Shown in pieces: positions 1 through 11,307 of a stretch of 64,000 nt of DNA (its first letter is position 1; each line of letters begins with the position of its first letter). The notes beneath the pieces were generated by a model. The model saw only the letters and a list, made by a program, of their open reading frames with translations. It was not told the origin of the DNA and did no database searches. The translations under genes were made by a program, and so were the position numbers. Location: the NCBI GenBank assembly GCA_963837175.1, contig CAWIMJ010000050.1, forward strand, positions 288,001 to 352,000. Direction: 5' to 3'. This DNA comes from an uncultured Nitrososphaeraceae archaeon (GTDB lineage Archaea; Thermoproteota; Nitrososphaeria; Nitrososphaerales; Nitrososphaeraceae).

Positions 1-962
1 TGATAACGTCCAACTACATCTCCTAGTGCAAATATTCCTTTGATATTGGTTTCAAGATATTGATCTACCAAAACGAAACCGTTTTCATCAAGCTTGACAT
101 CTGTTTTTATGATATCAAGAGAATCTGAAGTAGGTTCTCTTCCAACAGCAATCAATAACTGCTCGGAATTTAATTCTAACATTTTTCCAGAGAATTTATT
201 TTTTGCCACAATATGGAATATATTAGAATCATCCTTAAACACCAATTCTACATTATATCCCAAATATACATTGTACTTTTTGGAAAAAACCTCGGTAAAC
301 TTTTGTGAAATTTCCTTATCCTCCTTTGGAATAAGTACTTCTTCAATCTGGACGATATTAATCTCTGTTCCAAGGCTGCCATAAAAATGAGCTAATTCGC
401 ATGTTATGTATCCTCCACCTATAAAAGTAAGACTACGCGGTTGTCGTTTGAGACGCAAGGATTCATCGCTAGTAATATATCCGCTCTCTTGCAATCCTTT
501 AATTTTTGGAATTTTAGGTCTAGTACCGGAAGCAATCAAAATGTTTTCTGCAGTTATTATGACTTCATCATTCACATTTGTTCCACCAAGAGCAATCATT
601 TTTTTGCCGACAAATCTGCATTCCTTAGCAAAAAGCTTGGGGTTATCAGAATTCTCATATGACTTTCTAATGGCAGCTGAATGAGAATCAGTTATAGTAT
701 TTACTCTTTCAATAATCTTTTCGAAATCGACAGAGAAACCATCAACTTTTATTCCAAAAATACCAGCATTTTTGATTACTTCAGCTACATCTGCACTATG
801 TATTAGTAGTTTTGATGGAATACATCCCCTATTAAGACAGGTGCCACCCATTTTATCTTTTTCAATAATTGCAACCTTAAGTCCATGTTGAGATGCAGCA
901 GCGTTAGCAACATCGAGTCCAGATCCACTTCCAATAACAATAAGATCAAATTTCTCTTGCAA
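1..962 (-). CDS. Dihydrolipoamide dehydrogenase-like pyridine nucleotide-disulfide oxidoreductase (3' end outside window)
   Basis: Not in ORF track. Hand translation from TTG at 962 gives MQEKFDLIVIGSGSG...GGTCLNRGCIPSK (FAD-binding GxGxG, redox CxxxxC) and later IGGGYIxxE. Confidence 0.9.
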   Translation of the reverse strand, partial: MQEKFDLIVIGSGSGLDVANAAASQHGLKVAIIEKDKMGGTCLNRGCIPSKLLIHSADVAEVIKNAGIFGIKVDGFSVDFEKIIERVNTITDSHSAAIRKSYENSDNPKLFAKECRFVGKKMIALGGTNVNDEVIITAENILIASGTRPKIPKIKGLQESGYITSDESLRLKRQPRSLTFIGGGYITCELAHFYGSLGTEINIVQIEEVLIPKEDKEISQKFTEVFSKKYNVYLGYNVELVFKDDSNIFHIVAKNKFSGKMLELNSEQLLIAVGREPTSDSLDIIKTDVKLDENGFVLVDQYLETNIKGIFALGDVVGRY

Positions 963-1653
963 TTTGACTATTATTTAGTTATCCTAGTTTAGATAAAGAT
1001 TTATCCTAAATATCTATTGCTTTTCTCTCAAATCGAATTATCTTTTTCTTCTTTATTTCTTCTAGCTCCATCTGTCTTCTCCCTCTCTCTCCATGCTTTG
1101 TGTTTAGTTTTATTTGAACTTAATAATTCAACAATCCAATATGAACACTCTATAGTAAAAACTACATCAAGTAAGGTAAGGATGGAATATTTGGGAACCA
1201 AACTTTGTTTATAGTTGACTTTATTGTTGCTCAAATAGTTACAATAATGCAGGAAATTGAGGTCAGACATAGCACTGATAATAGCAAAATTCAGAAGCAA
1301 ATAGGAATTTACGATTAAAAAGGGATTGAAATTGTTAGGCAGTAACTGATAGAGTAGAGTATATGGGAAAGACTAAATGGCAAACCGGACATCAAATCAA
1401 AACTATAGTCAGTAAATTGTAGATGTCCTAGTGTGCTTTCTATTGCACTAGACGCAATGGCTGTACCAATCTCATAGCAAATTATTCTAAAATATTTGGA
1501 TATAAGTGGACATAAAATTATTGACTTTAATAATCTTCAAATTATAGCTTGCTTCGAGTTATTTTCCTACACATCCTATAATTTGAAACTTCTCTATCAA
1601 GGAATTAAACCTAAATATGGCAAGACATCTGAGTTAAACAGAACTTATTAATT

Positions 1654-2229
1654 ATGATTGTAAAGCTTCAACTTGTTGGTAGGATATTAATCATATTTAC
1701 CATAGTGCTTAGTGTTTCTATGTATGTAACGGTTAAGCCTTCTATATCGTCTTCTTTTTCAAATGTTGCAGGAGAAGAAGACAATCGAAATTTTCTCAAT
1801 GGTATCGATATTCCAAAGGATACATATTTACAGGCACGAGCTATCGTAAACGGCTTTGAGTTGACTACAGATTTAGCTATTACAGCTGACCAAAAGGCAG
1901 AAGGTTTAGCAGTGAAAGACCATTTAAAAGAAAATGAGGGAATGCTATTTGTTTCTGAACAATCCTCGAGGCAGAGCTTTTGGATGAAAGATATGAAATT
2001 TCCCATTGATATTATTTGGTTGGATAGTAATGGCACAGTAGTTCATATTGAACATACTCTCCAGCCTTGTATTTCTGTTCTAAACCCTGCTGCCTCTATT
2101 CAAAGCTGTCCAATATATACTCCTGATAAAGATTCTCAATATGTATTGGAGACTATAGCAGGTTTTTCTCAAAAGCATAATGTCAAGATAGGAACACATA
2201 TTGACTTCTATTTTGCCTCTACTGCATAA
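1654..2229 (+). CDS. DUF192 family protein with N-terminal membrane anchor
   Basis: GMLF...FWMKDMKFPIDIIWLD...YVLE motif. Confidence 0.85.
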   Translation: MIVKLQLVGRILIIFTIVLSVSMYVTVKPSISSSFSNVAGEEDNRNFLNGIDIPKDTYLQARAIVNGFELTTDLAITADQKAEGLAVKDHLKENEGMLFVSEQSSRQSFWMKDMKFPIDIIWLDSNGTVVHIEHTLQPCISVLNPAASIQSCPIYTPDKDSQYVLETIAGFSQKHNVKIGTHIDFYFASTA

Positions 2230-2326
2230 AAAAGTGCCATATATATGTATATACATATATATATGTATATGTATACATCAGTCTATTCAAGGATAAATCT
2301 ATATCTGAAAGTATCTTATCCCTATT

Positions 2327-2947
2327 ATGCTACTCAAAAGAAATAGAACATCTTCAAAGTACATCTACTATGCACTACATCTATACTTTTCAGGCCTTTC
2401 ACTCAGAAGAGCATCAGAACACCTGTTTCCATTTATAAAAAGGAATCATGTTTCGATATGGAATTGGATTCAACATTTCAAACCAAAAAAGATACTTCAG
2501 AATAAGAGAAAAGTATCTGAATTTCTAATTAGATGAAATACTACTTAAAGTTGCAATCACTATCATGGTTATGGCTTGCCATTGAGCCAATAGATAAGCT
2601 GATTCTCGGTATTATAATTTCTTTTGAGAGAAGCATACTTGTTGCAGAACGATTTCTACAAGAATTAGTTAGAAGATATGAAAGCACCCAGTTTCTACTG
2701 ATGGTGGGACATGGTATCCATATGCATGTAAATTTGCAAAGATAAAACATTCTTCACTCATTCCAAGACAGAACATAATTGAGAGACAGTTTAATACTTT
2801 AAATAAAGAACAAATATATTGATATTATTTTCAATGTAGAAAAGATTAATTTAAATTAGAACATCATGTTAGCAATTGGATGATTAATCAGTTTGTTTAT
2901 CTGCATAATAGAATGCTTATTAAAGAAAAAATTAAGTGAACAGAGCC
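2327..2947 (+). mobile_element. IS6-family transposase pseudogene with right terminal inverted repeat
   Basis: Frameshifted fragments LYFSGLSLRRAS..HVSIWNWIQ, WLWLAIEP..ERSILVAE, STDGGTWYP. Ends in AATTAAGTGAACAGAGCC (2930-2947). Left IR not found. Confidence 0.85.
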
Positions 2948-3211
2948 GCTAATTTCTTAAAAAGAATAAGTATTGGAAAGACATGTTGTACAACTTTAGT
3001 GAGAAATGCATTCTATATTGAAATGCTATAATGGTTTATTGGTCTCATTTTGTCTATATAATTATACTATATTTATGAGAGAACTATTCATAGAATTGAA
3101 TTGAGGCCATGCAATTATTAAGGCCAGTAGCATTAGAGTATATTCTATTAATAAGCCAGTTTCAAAACAATTTATTAGATAATAACGCTAATAATAAAGA
3201 AAAATAACCAG

Positions 3212-3736
3212 CTAATATGACCAGCTTGTTATAAACTTGCCATTACCATCAAATTTTTGAATTTTATGGTTGCCGCTATCAGCTACAAATACATCACCAA
3301 AACTATCCGTACTTATTCCAAGCTGATGACCACTAAACTGTAAATTGCCTGTGCCATTGGAACCCCAGCTTGTTATAAACTTGCCATTACCATCAAATTT
3401 TTGAATTTTATGGTTGCCGCTATCAGCTACAAATACATCACCAAAACTATCCGTACTTATTCCAAGCTGATGACCACTAAACTGTAAATTGCCTGTGCCA
3501 TTGGAACCCCAGCTTGTTATAAACTTGCCATTACCATCAAATTTTTGAATTAGATAATTTCCGCTATCAGCTACAAATACATTACCAAATTTATCTATCA
3601 CCATATCTACAGAGTTAACTGCGGTGCCATCAAGTGATATTTCCGTGCTGTTCAATGCACTAATTCTTTTTGCCTGTCTTGTACTTTCTTGACCTGATGC
3701 TAGATCAATAAATCCATAGTTTATTATGACCAGCAA
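3212..3736 (-). CDS. NHL-repeat (partial beta-propeller) protein, possibly truncated
   Basis: Three VFVADSGNxxIQKFDGNGKFITSW repeats. Confidence 0.8.
   Translation of the reverse strand: MLVIINYGFIDLASGQESTRQAKRISALNSTEISLDGTAVNSVDMVIDKFGNVFVADSGNYLIQKFDGNGKFITSWGSNGTGNLQFSGHQLGISTDSFGDVFVADSGNHKIQKFDGNGKFITSWGSNGTGNLQFSGHQLGISTDSFGDVFVADSGNHKIQKFDGNGKFITSWSY
3221..3580. repeat. 144-bp tandem repeat (two identical units plus a partial diverged one) inside the NHL gene
   Basis: CCAGCTTGTTATAAACTTGCC starts at 3221, 3365 and 3509. Confidence 0.9.
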
Positions 3737-5380
3737 TACATTAAAAAGAAAGCACCTGCAATACCATCTTTGCTATTATTTTTATTCATAATTATATTAT
3801 AGATATTAATTTAATATAAAGACAACGAGATCTTAATATTTGATATCACTAGTATGCGTTATACAGTATTCTATTACCTTCCATTGGGTTTGCATTCAAA
3901 TGATAAAATGTTATTTATAATGGATTACGGCAATGATGATACTATAAATCCCTTACAGTTTCTTTCCTTTATGAACAGTCTATTAAGAAAGTTTATTATT
4001 AGTTTCATCGTTGTATAGTGATATTTAAAAGTGATTTTAGTCGTTCCAATTACTCTCCCTCTCATAAAGAGACATTATACTATCAATTATTTCTCAAAAT
4101 ATCTGAATTTCAAAGTATGTCACATTATAAATTAAAAAGTCCATGGATCACATATATGTCAACTAACACTCGGACAACACGAAGAAAGCCGTCTAGCCTG
4201 TTTGACGTCCTTAGAGGAAATAGCTGTCTTAAATAGAAAATAAAAGTATTTGATGAGTGGACGTGTATGTGGTTTTTTGCTATTACCTATCATATATATT
4301 ACACCACATTCGGATGAATGAGTGTCACTTCAGATTCATGAAATTTTGGCTCCCTCAATAATCTTTTTTCATACAATGATTGTAGCGATGATGTGTTATT
4401 TTTCAGTAATTTAAAGGGATATTAAGAACACTATACATGAAATACATGGCATTTTGCATAAGCAATTCACTCTGAGAATATGTAATATCTAATCAAAATA
4501 CATACATATAATCATCTTCCTAATTGTCCCATTCTAGAATAAACAGCGAAACTTCCCGTTAGGGAATCCTTGAGGAATTATTATAAAAGATAATTATAAG
4601 GCTTTGATCTATAACTTTGAACTCAACTATTTTTTGAGTGGTTATTTCTACTTATTGGTAACGTTTTCCTTAGTCATACTATTGCTATAGTGCTATAGTT
4701 CTTACGTGTGTATTATAACTTGGAATTATCGAGCTAGAAAGAGTGCGGTCATGTAAATGGTTCGTGTAATGAGAAACTAAAATTACATGTGTAATTTGCC
4801 TTTAGTGACTATCATTAAAAACTTGCATGAATATATATCTTATTTTAAATTTGATCTTCTCTATTATTCTTCTAGATAAAATTCTGTTGTCTTCCTCTAG
4901 TAATATTATCATTGATGCTGCTTACCTGCAAACTTTTTATTTATAAAACTGTATATTATTATATCCATATATATTTTAAGAACAAATCAAGACAATCAAT
5001 TTATTATATGCATGTTTAAGCTTATTCGTTTTTAATTTCTGATTTTTCCTTGATGCTGAATTTTTTCAGCGTTTGGCTAGGCGAGAAGATAACTTCTTTA
5101 ACTATGTGTTATCTATAGCGTCCCACTATGTACGTCCTATTCAAGTTATCAAGCGTGTGCGACATACGCTCAGATATCCTAACACTAATCTTGTTATATG
5201 TACATGGGGTTGATTCAGAATTTAGTGAATTCATTTAATCTCATTTAATTCGATAATTCAGCTATCATTAAAAATTACTTAATTATATAGTTAAAAGTTT
5301 TCATTTTTCAAATCTTACCTTCTAAATAAGTGCTAGTAACGCTTTGGTTAGTCTGATATATAATTTACTATAATCAGGAG

Positions 5381-5790
5381 GGCTCTATTAATTTAATTGG
5401 CTCTATTAGCAGCTAACAAATAGCTATTAAATTCTTAAATGATGCAATTTGCATTTATTTACTTTTTATAAACGAAAAGTGGTCCTCATAAAAGGTTTCA
5501 TTTCTATCGTAACAGGCTGAGTTGACCTTTCAACCATGATTCTTTTCTTTTCATATTATGGATGTAAATGATATTATATTTTCTAGAAAGAATCTGCAGG
5601 TTTGAGGATGATACCAGATATCATCGCTATATCTCTTGAAACTATAGTTGATTTCAATATTTGCTTATCATATAGAATACAGAAATTCTTCTGCAATAAG
5701 CGTATATTTCTTTCAAAGAGAATGAGGATTCCACGCCAAGGATAGTCTTATTTGTATATTCAATAGCAACCTAAATCTAAAAGTAATCTT
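5381..5790 (-). mobile_element. Heavily decayed IS6-family transposase remnant
   Basis: Minus-strand fragments VAIEYTNKTILG, IWYHPQTCRFFL, IMVERSTQ, DRNETFYEDHF resemble the IS6 C-terminal half. Degenerate IR GGCTCTATTAATTTAATT at 5381. Confidence 0.65.
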
Positions 5791-6096
5791 GTTCACTTAA
5801 TTTGTGCATTCGTCAATTATAAATTTGATATTCTTCTTTCTTGTTTTGAAAGAAGATTTGTTTATGGTTGGTAGTATTGAACGCATTTCCAGACAGAGAA
5901 GACATGACTCGTTCTGATAAATCCGGATATGCTTTTGATGTGTTTCTATAAGAAGGGTAAGGAAGAAGAGCAAGTACACACTATATAAAACACAATCAAT
6001 ATCTTTGGCAGATGTTATTATATTTCTTCTTTCATATGTTAATATAATTAATAGCATATCTGCAGGTATATTTTTTATTGTCAAGTTAACAGAGCC
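5786..6096. mobile_element. Candidate non-autonomous IS6-derived element (MITE-like, about 310 bp)
   Basis: Left end TGTTCACTTAATTT (5790-5803) is the reverse complement of the IS6 IR near 2929-2942. Right end AAGTTAACAGAGCC (6083-6096). No transposase between. Confidence 0.5.
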
Positions 6097-6117
6097 AATT
6101 ATATAATTGCCTTTATT

Positions 6118-7470
6118 CTATGACTCTTTGCTTATTTCCTCTAATGACTTACCACGAGTATGCAGTCCAAATAATATTATCATAACTACTGCAATCAACG
6201 AGAATAATGATATTGCTGTCATTAAATTCAAAAAGCCATATGGCTGAAGCAAAACAAAGAAAATAGGTCCTAAGGCCGCAACTCCTCGACTTATTCCTTC
6301 AACTATTCCAGAAGCAAAAGAGCGTATTTTAGTAGGAAAACTTTCCGAGGTATAAGCAAGTAAACTAGAGATAAGCCAAGCATTAGATGCAAATGCTATG
6401 AAGCCCGCAGTAACTAGTCCATTAAAATTATCAATTAAAAATCCGCGTAAAATAAAGGCGATGCTCATTATGCTGCTGGCTATTGCAATCTGATGTTTTC
6501 TTTCCAATTTCTCAGCCAATAGAAAGCGATAGGAGTCCTCCTGCTACAAAACCAATACTACTTAAAGTATTAATTGATATTGATTCATTAAGTGAATAAC
6601 CTTGGTTAACATACTCTACAACAAGTAACAACGACGCATAAACCGGTATGAGCACAAGAAACCACACAGCCACAAGGAATAGGATTCTTAACATCACTAG
6701 TCTGTTCTTAAATATTCTGAAGCTGAATTTTTTTAATGGATAAACAGCCTTATCGTCTACCTTTATCGCCGTGATACCTAAAGCCACAAGAACGGAATTT
6801 ATCTGGTCTATTTTTCCATTTGCTAAAAGCCAGCGGAACGACTCCGGCATTTGAATCCTAAACGGCAATGAAATAAAGCGCAACAGTACCTGCTATAGCG
6901 ATTACTATCCGCCAGCTCTCTATCCCAATAATATGACCTTGTTGAATTAATAGAAAGGAGATAGGCCCTGAGGATGTTAGACCTAACCAACCAATTAAAA
7001 TTACCATGGAAGTATATTTACCACGTTTTGATTTCGGTGACATTTCTCCTATGTATGTCGCCACAATTGCTATTTCAGCTCCAATTCCAATTCCAGTTAA
7101 CAATCTAAATAGTGCCATTTGTGTCATATCTTGAGATGCTGCTGCTAAGGCCGAGCCAGCTCCTAAAAGGAGAATCGAAAGTATTAAGGCAGGTTTTCTT
7201 CCATACGAATCAGAGAATACAGTAATGCAAATGGCCCCAATTACATACCCAAATATAGTCATTGATGCACCATAGGCTATTTCAGCGTCTCCAATACTCC
7301 ATGTTGTCTTTAAAATAGGTGAAATATAAGAATAGTTTGTTATGTCGTAATACGCAAAAAAGCTTGCTAGACTTATGGCAATTATTACGCTATTTTTAAG
7401 TGGAATTTTTTGCAAAGCGTCTATTCGCGCTGCTAATTCCCCAGTATAATCATCGTTGCTTTTAATTCTC
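6118..7470 (-). pseudogene. MFS transporter (sugar/aromatic-acid type) split by two frameshifts
   Basis: Three consecutive ORFs with SDSYGRK, YIGEMSPKSKRG, MPESFRWL, ESFPTKIRS and RGKSLEEI. Shifts near 6875 and 6515. Frame continues upstream as ELAARIDAL. Confidence 0.85.
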
Positions 7471-8120
7471 TCACTTCTCCTTTATATAGCCGAAATGAAG
7501 TGAGCGACAGATCTATATTATTTATTTGTCAGCAATCCAATGAAATAATTGCATTTATTAGTTATAGCATATTTATAAACAATCCAAAACAGATGCTGGA
7601 AATATTATTTCTTCTATAGCATCACCAGATTTTGAAATATATTTATGTTTACTTCCTTGTCCTAAAGCAATGACTTTTGCAATTCATTGGTGATTTATTG
7701 TCTGCATGTATAATCTGTTTGTTTTTGGAATGTTAAATTATGAAACAATGATCTTTTAAACCTCGGTTCTTTGTGAGCCTAAGGGTTATTATTGTCACAT
7801 AATTATTATGTGTGGTATGATGCTTTTCTTTCTGTTACTCGCGAACAGTAACCTTAGTACCTGAGTATGTAGGTACAATTCTGTTCATCTAGAATAATCA
7901 ATGGTAAAAAAGAAAAGTTAAAAGTGGATCGTTGTAATCCAATAGCTAACAGTATCTTTATTGTAAGGCAAGCTAAAGATTCCGGTGTTTGGATACTTTT
8001 ATTATATTAAGATAAACAAATCAATAAATAAATTGTTACTTGTAATTTGGTCTACAGTAGATAATATATTATCAAAATATCTTTGGAAATAAACTTTTTT
8101 ATAATATTCTCTAGAAACCG

Positions 8121-8151
8121 ATACGAAAACTATAAAATATACGAAATACGA
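8121..8151 (+). promoter_or_regulatory. TATA-like box flanked by three ATACGA direct repeats upstream of the UbiA gene
   Basis: ATACGA at 8121, 8139 and 8146 around CTATAAAA (8130-8137). GGAGGT Shine-Dalgarno at 8207-8212. Confidence 0.45.
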
Positions 8152-8217
8152 TCATAAAATAACAAAAATGATGAATTGTAAGAAATATTTAAAAAAAGTA
8201 TCCAAAGGAGGTAACAG

Positions 8218-9159
8218 ATGTTGATTTTTAGTTCAGAATCGGCATCCAAAAATAATATTTGCGCGAGAACACGACTCACAAAAACAATTCAGGAACAAGG
8301 AACGCTTTTTTTTCGCACTTTCATACATTATGTAAAAGCTCGAACAGCTCCTATCTACTGCTTTCCTATCGCAACTCTGATATCGGCATTATTAGGATCA
8401 GAAGGAAATCTCAATCCGTATCTAGTTGCTAGTGTGGTTACTGGAAGTTACTGGTTGGGACTTGCTACTTATGTTTATAATGATTTAACAGATTTTGAAG
8501 TAGATAAAATTAATAGAACAAACAGACCATCTATCACCGGTAAAGCAACCAAAAACCAGCTTATTATAACAATTTGTGTGATGTTTACCATTGGCCTAGG
8601 GCTAACAGCATCAATCAATTTTTACACATTTGGTGTTTCAATCATTTTTATCGTATTGGCTATTACTTATTCACATCCTAAATTCAAATTAAAAAATAAA
8701 TTTGCTTTAAAAACTGTGATCACAGCTTCAGGTGCAGGATTATTGTCATTAATAGGAGGAATGGCCATGCTAAATACTTCTTTGCCAATATTATATTCCA
8801 CATTTGCCTTTTTTGTTTTTTATTTTATCTTATCGCCATTAGGAGACATTGGGGATATAATTGGAGACAGAGCAGTTGGAAGACGTACATTTCCAATAGT
8901 TCTTGGGATGAAACCTACTTTGATAATCATGCTCTCAGTACCCATTATGATAATAATTCTTATAGGGCTAAGTTTTGATGCGTTACAAATAAATATAATA
9001 GGAGCATTTTCCGTCATAATTACTGCAGCTGCAGTAATTGCAGTTATTTTAAAGATAAGTAAAAGATTAAATGATGTCCATTATGTAAAATCGCTCAGAC
9101 CAAAAATGAGGTTTTTGAATGTTCTAATGCAAATCTCGATGCTCTTGGCGTTCTTATAA
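8218..9159 (+). CDS. UbiA-family prenyltransferase (DGGGP-synthase-like)
   Basis: NDLTDFEVDKINRTNRP and DIGDIIGDRAVGRRTFP Asp-rich motifs; multiple TM helices. Confidence 0.9.
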   Translation: MLIFSSESASKNNICARTRLTKTIQEQGTLFFRTFIHYVKARTAPIYCFPIATLISALLGSEGNLNPYLVASVVTGSYWLGLATYVYNDLTDFEVDKINRTNRPSITGKATKNQLIITICVMFTIGLGLTASINFYTFGVSIIFIVLAITYSHPKFKLKNKFALKTVITASGAGLLSLIGGMAMLNTSLPILYSTFAFFVFYFILSPLGDIGDIIGDRAVGRRTFPIVLGMKPTLIIMLSVPIMIIILIGLSFDALQINIIGAFSVIITAAAVIAVILKISKRLNDVHYVKSLRPKMRFLNVLMQISMLLAFL

Positions 9160-9167
9160 AATTTCTT

Positions 9168-10148
9168 TTACTTTTCTAATTGGTTGCTATAATATCTTCT
9201 GCTTGCACTAGTCTCGGTCATTAATTTGGTATTATTCTCATTATTAGTACTATTATCCTCATCAAAATCAGTAGAACCAGAAGCCCATAACTTCTGGTAA
9301 TAGTCTAACATTCTTTTAGAAGTTTTTTTATCTCGTATGAAAATAGCACCATGAAAACTTTTCGGTTCATTTGCATTGATTAATTCTATTGCTACTTCAC
9401 TCTTATCAAAGATAGTCATACTAAATGGTACATTAGCCACTCGTCTAGTAACATTGTCAGGATACCAAGGATTTCCTACAACCTTTAAGCGTTCAATAGT
9501 ATTTTTATCATTTAATTGCGTTTGCTTATTATTTTGTTTTTCAAAGAATTGACTAACTAACCCTTTTTCTGCGATGACCTTTACATTTATTCCTGATTTT
9601 GCCTTGCGAAGGATGTTGTTAATTATTATCTCGTTAAAATATCTAGATGCAAGCAGAATCTCATTTTTGGAGAATTCTGTACGCTCAACTATTGCAGTTA
9701 CCATGTCCTCATATGTCAATACAATTTCGATTTTCGAAGGTGCATTTGCTTCTGCATGATTGTTAATCCCTCCAATTATTTTGTCAAGAAAAGTCTCAAT
9801 GTCATTTTCAGAAAACTGATTGCTATGCTTTAAAGTATCAATCATAGCCATCTGTTTTTTATTTCTCAGCTGCTCTATCAATCCTACAATATGTGATTGA
9901 TAAACGACAGATCCAAAAGTAGTATGCATATATTTTCCGTCAGATTTTTCTACTAGTCCATTATTGATAAGTTGTTTTAAGCTTGTATAATATACTTTCT
10001 TAGAAAGGTTTTCACGCTCTGGAGACGATATTTCTGCTAGAAGGCCGCCCTTAGCAGACATAAACAACGACAGATTATTCCGTTTTGATAATACAGTCAG
10101 CAATTTGCTAGACGTATTGATCAATTCTCTATCAATTGCACCTGACAT
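9168..10148 (-). CDS. Winged-helix regulator fused to a TrmB/PLD-like C-terminal domain
   Basis: N-terminal LSKKVYYTSLKQLINNGLVEK..TTFG; C-terminal GINVKVI...MTIFDKSEV...YYQKLW. Confidence 0.7.
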   Translation of the reverse strand: MSGAIDRELINTSSKLLTVLSKRNNLSLFMSAKGGLLAEISSPERENLSKKVYYTSLKQLINNGLVEKSDGKYMHTTFGSVVYQSHIVGLIEQLRNKKQMAMIDTLKHSNQFSENDIETFLDKIIGGINNHAEANAPSKIEIVLTYEDMVTAIVERTEFSKNEILLASRYFNEIIINNILRKAKSGINVKVIAEKGLVSQFFEKQNNKQTQLNDKNTIERLKVVGNPWYPDNVTRRVANVPFSMTIFDKSEVAIELINANEPKSFHGAIFIRDKKTSKRMLDYYQKLWASGSTDFDEDNSTNNENNTKLMTETSASRRYYSNQLEK

Positions 10149-10392
10149 TTAGTCGTTAAAGGATATGATATTGCTAAATATATAGTTATTTTTCTAGCAA
10201 ATTTTTAAGAAAATTACCGCATATCATATTTATTCAGCATATTAAGCTTCTGCATCATGGTAAATACCTGTGCGTAAGTCTTTCTTCTGGTTTTTAGTTT
10301 AATTTTTCTCGAAAAATAGATAATATTAGCTAAGAAACGCTAAATTTCGCTAATAAACATATAAAAACAGAGTTGGGGGTACGTTATATAAA

Positions 10393-10791
10393 ATGCGCCC
10401 ATCACTGCATACAGTCGATAGTGTACTTGCTTCTATTTCTGATAACCAGTCTTTAGAACTGTTCAGATTGATTGCAGTTACAAACGGAACCAGTGAGACT
10501 TTAAGAACCAAAATAAATCTTACTCGTAAACAGTACTATTCAAGATTATCTCGGATGACAAAAGCCGGCATAGTTAAGAGAAAGAATGGAAGGCATTCTT
10601 TGACCGCATTTGGTAAGGTGGTATATGATGCTCAGACTACAATTGAAAAAGCAGTTAACAGCTATTGGAAACTTAAGGCAATTGATTCCCTTGAAATGTC
10701 TGAAGATCTACCGAACGAAGAAAGATTAAAACTTATTGATAATCTATTGGATAGTAAAGATATCAAAGAAATTCTCTATAACAAAGTGTAA
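10393..10791 (+). CDS. Stand-alone winged-helix DNA-binding protein
   Basis: LTRKQYYSRLSRMTKAGIVKRKNGRHSLTAFG. Confidence 0.75.
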   Translation: MRPSLHTVDSVLASISDNQSLELFRLIAVTNGTSETLRTKINLTRKQYYSRLSRMTKAGIVKRKNGRHSLTAFGKVVYDAQTTIEKAVNSYWKLKAIDSLEMSEDLPNEERLKLIDNLLDSKDIKEILYNKV

Positions 10792-11307
10792 ATTATATGC
10801 TTACTTGAATCTTATTGATAGTCCTTATCCAGTAACGTCACTATAGTAATGAGAAATTTATACCTTATCATAATCGCGCAGGTCTATTCATATAATAATA
10901 CTGACATCTCGAAATCTAGCGATGTGTTCTTTGTCTCAAGAATAATTATCATAAAACTGATAAATCAAATGTATTAGCAGCTCAATACTAAGGTTTTCGC
11001 TGCGATATCTTTGCAAGCAAGAGAAGACTCAAAAGAATCAGAATAGTTATGATGAAGAGCTATTTTGAATACTGCTGAGACATGTATGTTAGTCAATCAT
11101 TAAACAAGAGTCTATAATTATCTCATCTCATTGCTTCCTATCGTTAATTAGACAGATGATGCTTAGATACTTAGATACTTTTTGCTTTTCCTATGATCAT
11201 TTAATTGTCCATGATTAAATTTTTTTAATAATTTTTTGTTTATGGCTAGGCATAGCGAATCAATTAAATGCAACGTTGGTTAGAGGTGCTGTAAGGTATT
11301 AAAATCT

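Noticed and set aside
94-684. Plus-strand ORFs 94..384, 406..684 and 441..662
   Set aside because: Antisense shadows of the minus-strand disulfide oxidoreductase.
2238-2279. Alternating TA/CA/TG tract
   Set aside because: Low-complexity microsatellite-like sequence with no unit or spacer structure.
3221-3580. Regular repeats as a possible CRISPR array
   Set aside because: The units are 144-bp in-frame coding repeats with no unique spacers, and no cas genes are present.
5797-6084. 95-aa minus-strand ORF
   Set aside because: No recognisable motifs; lies inside the IS-bounded segment.
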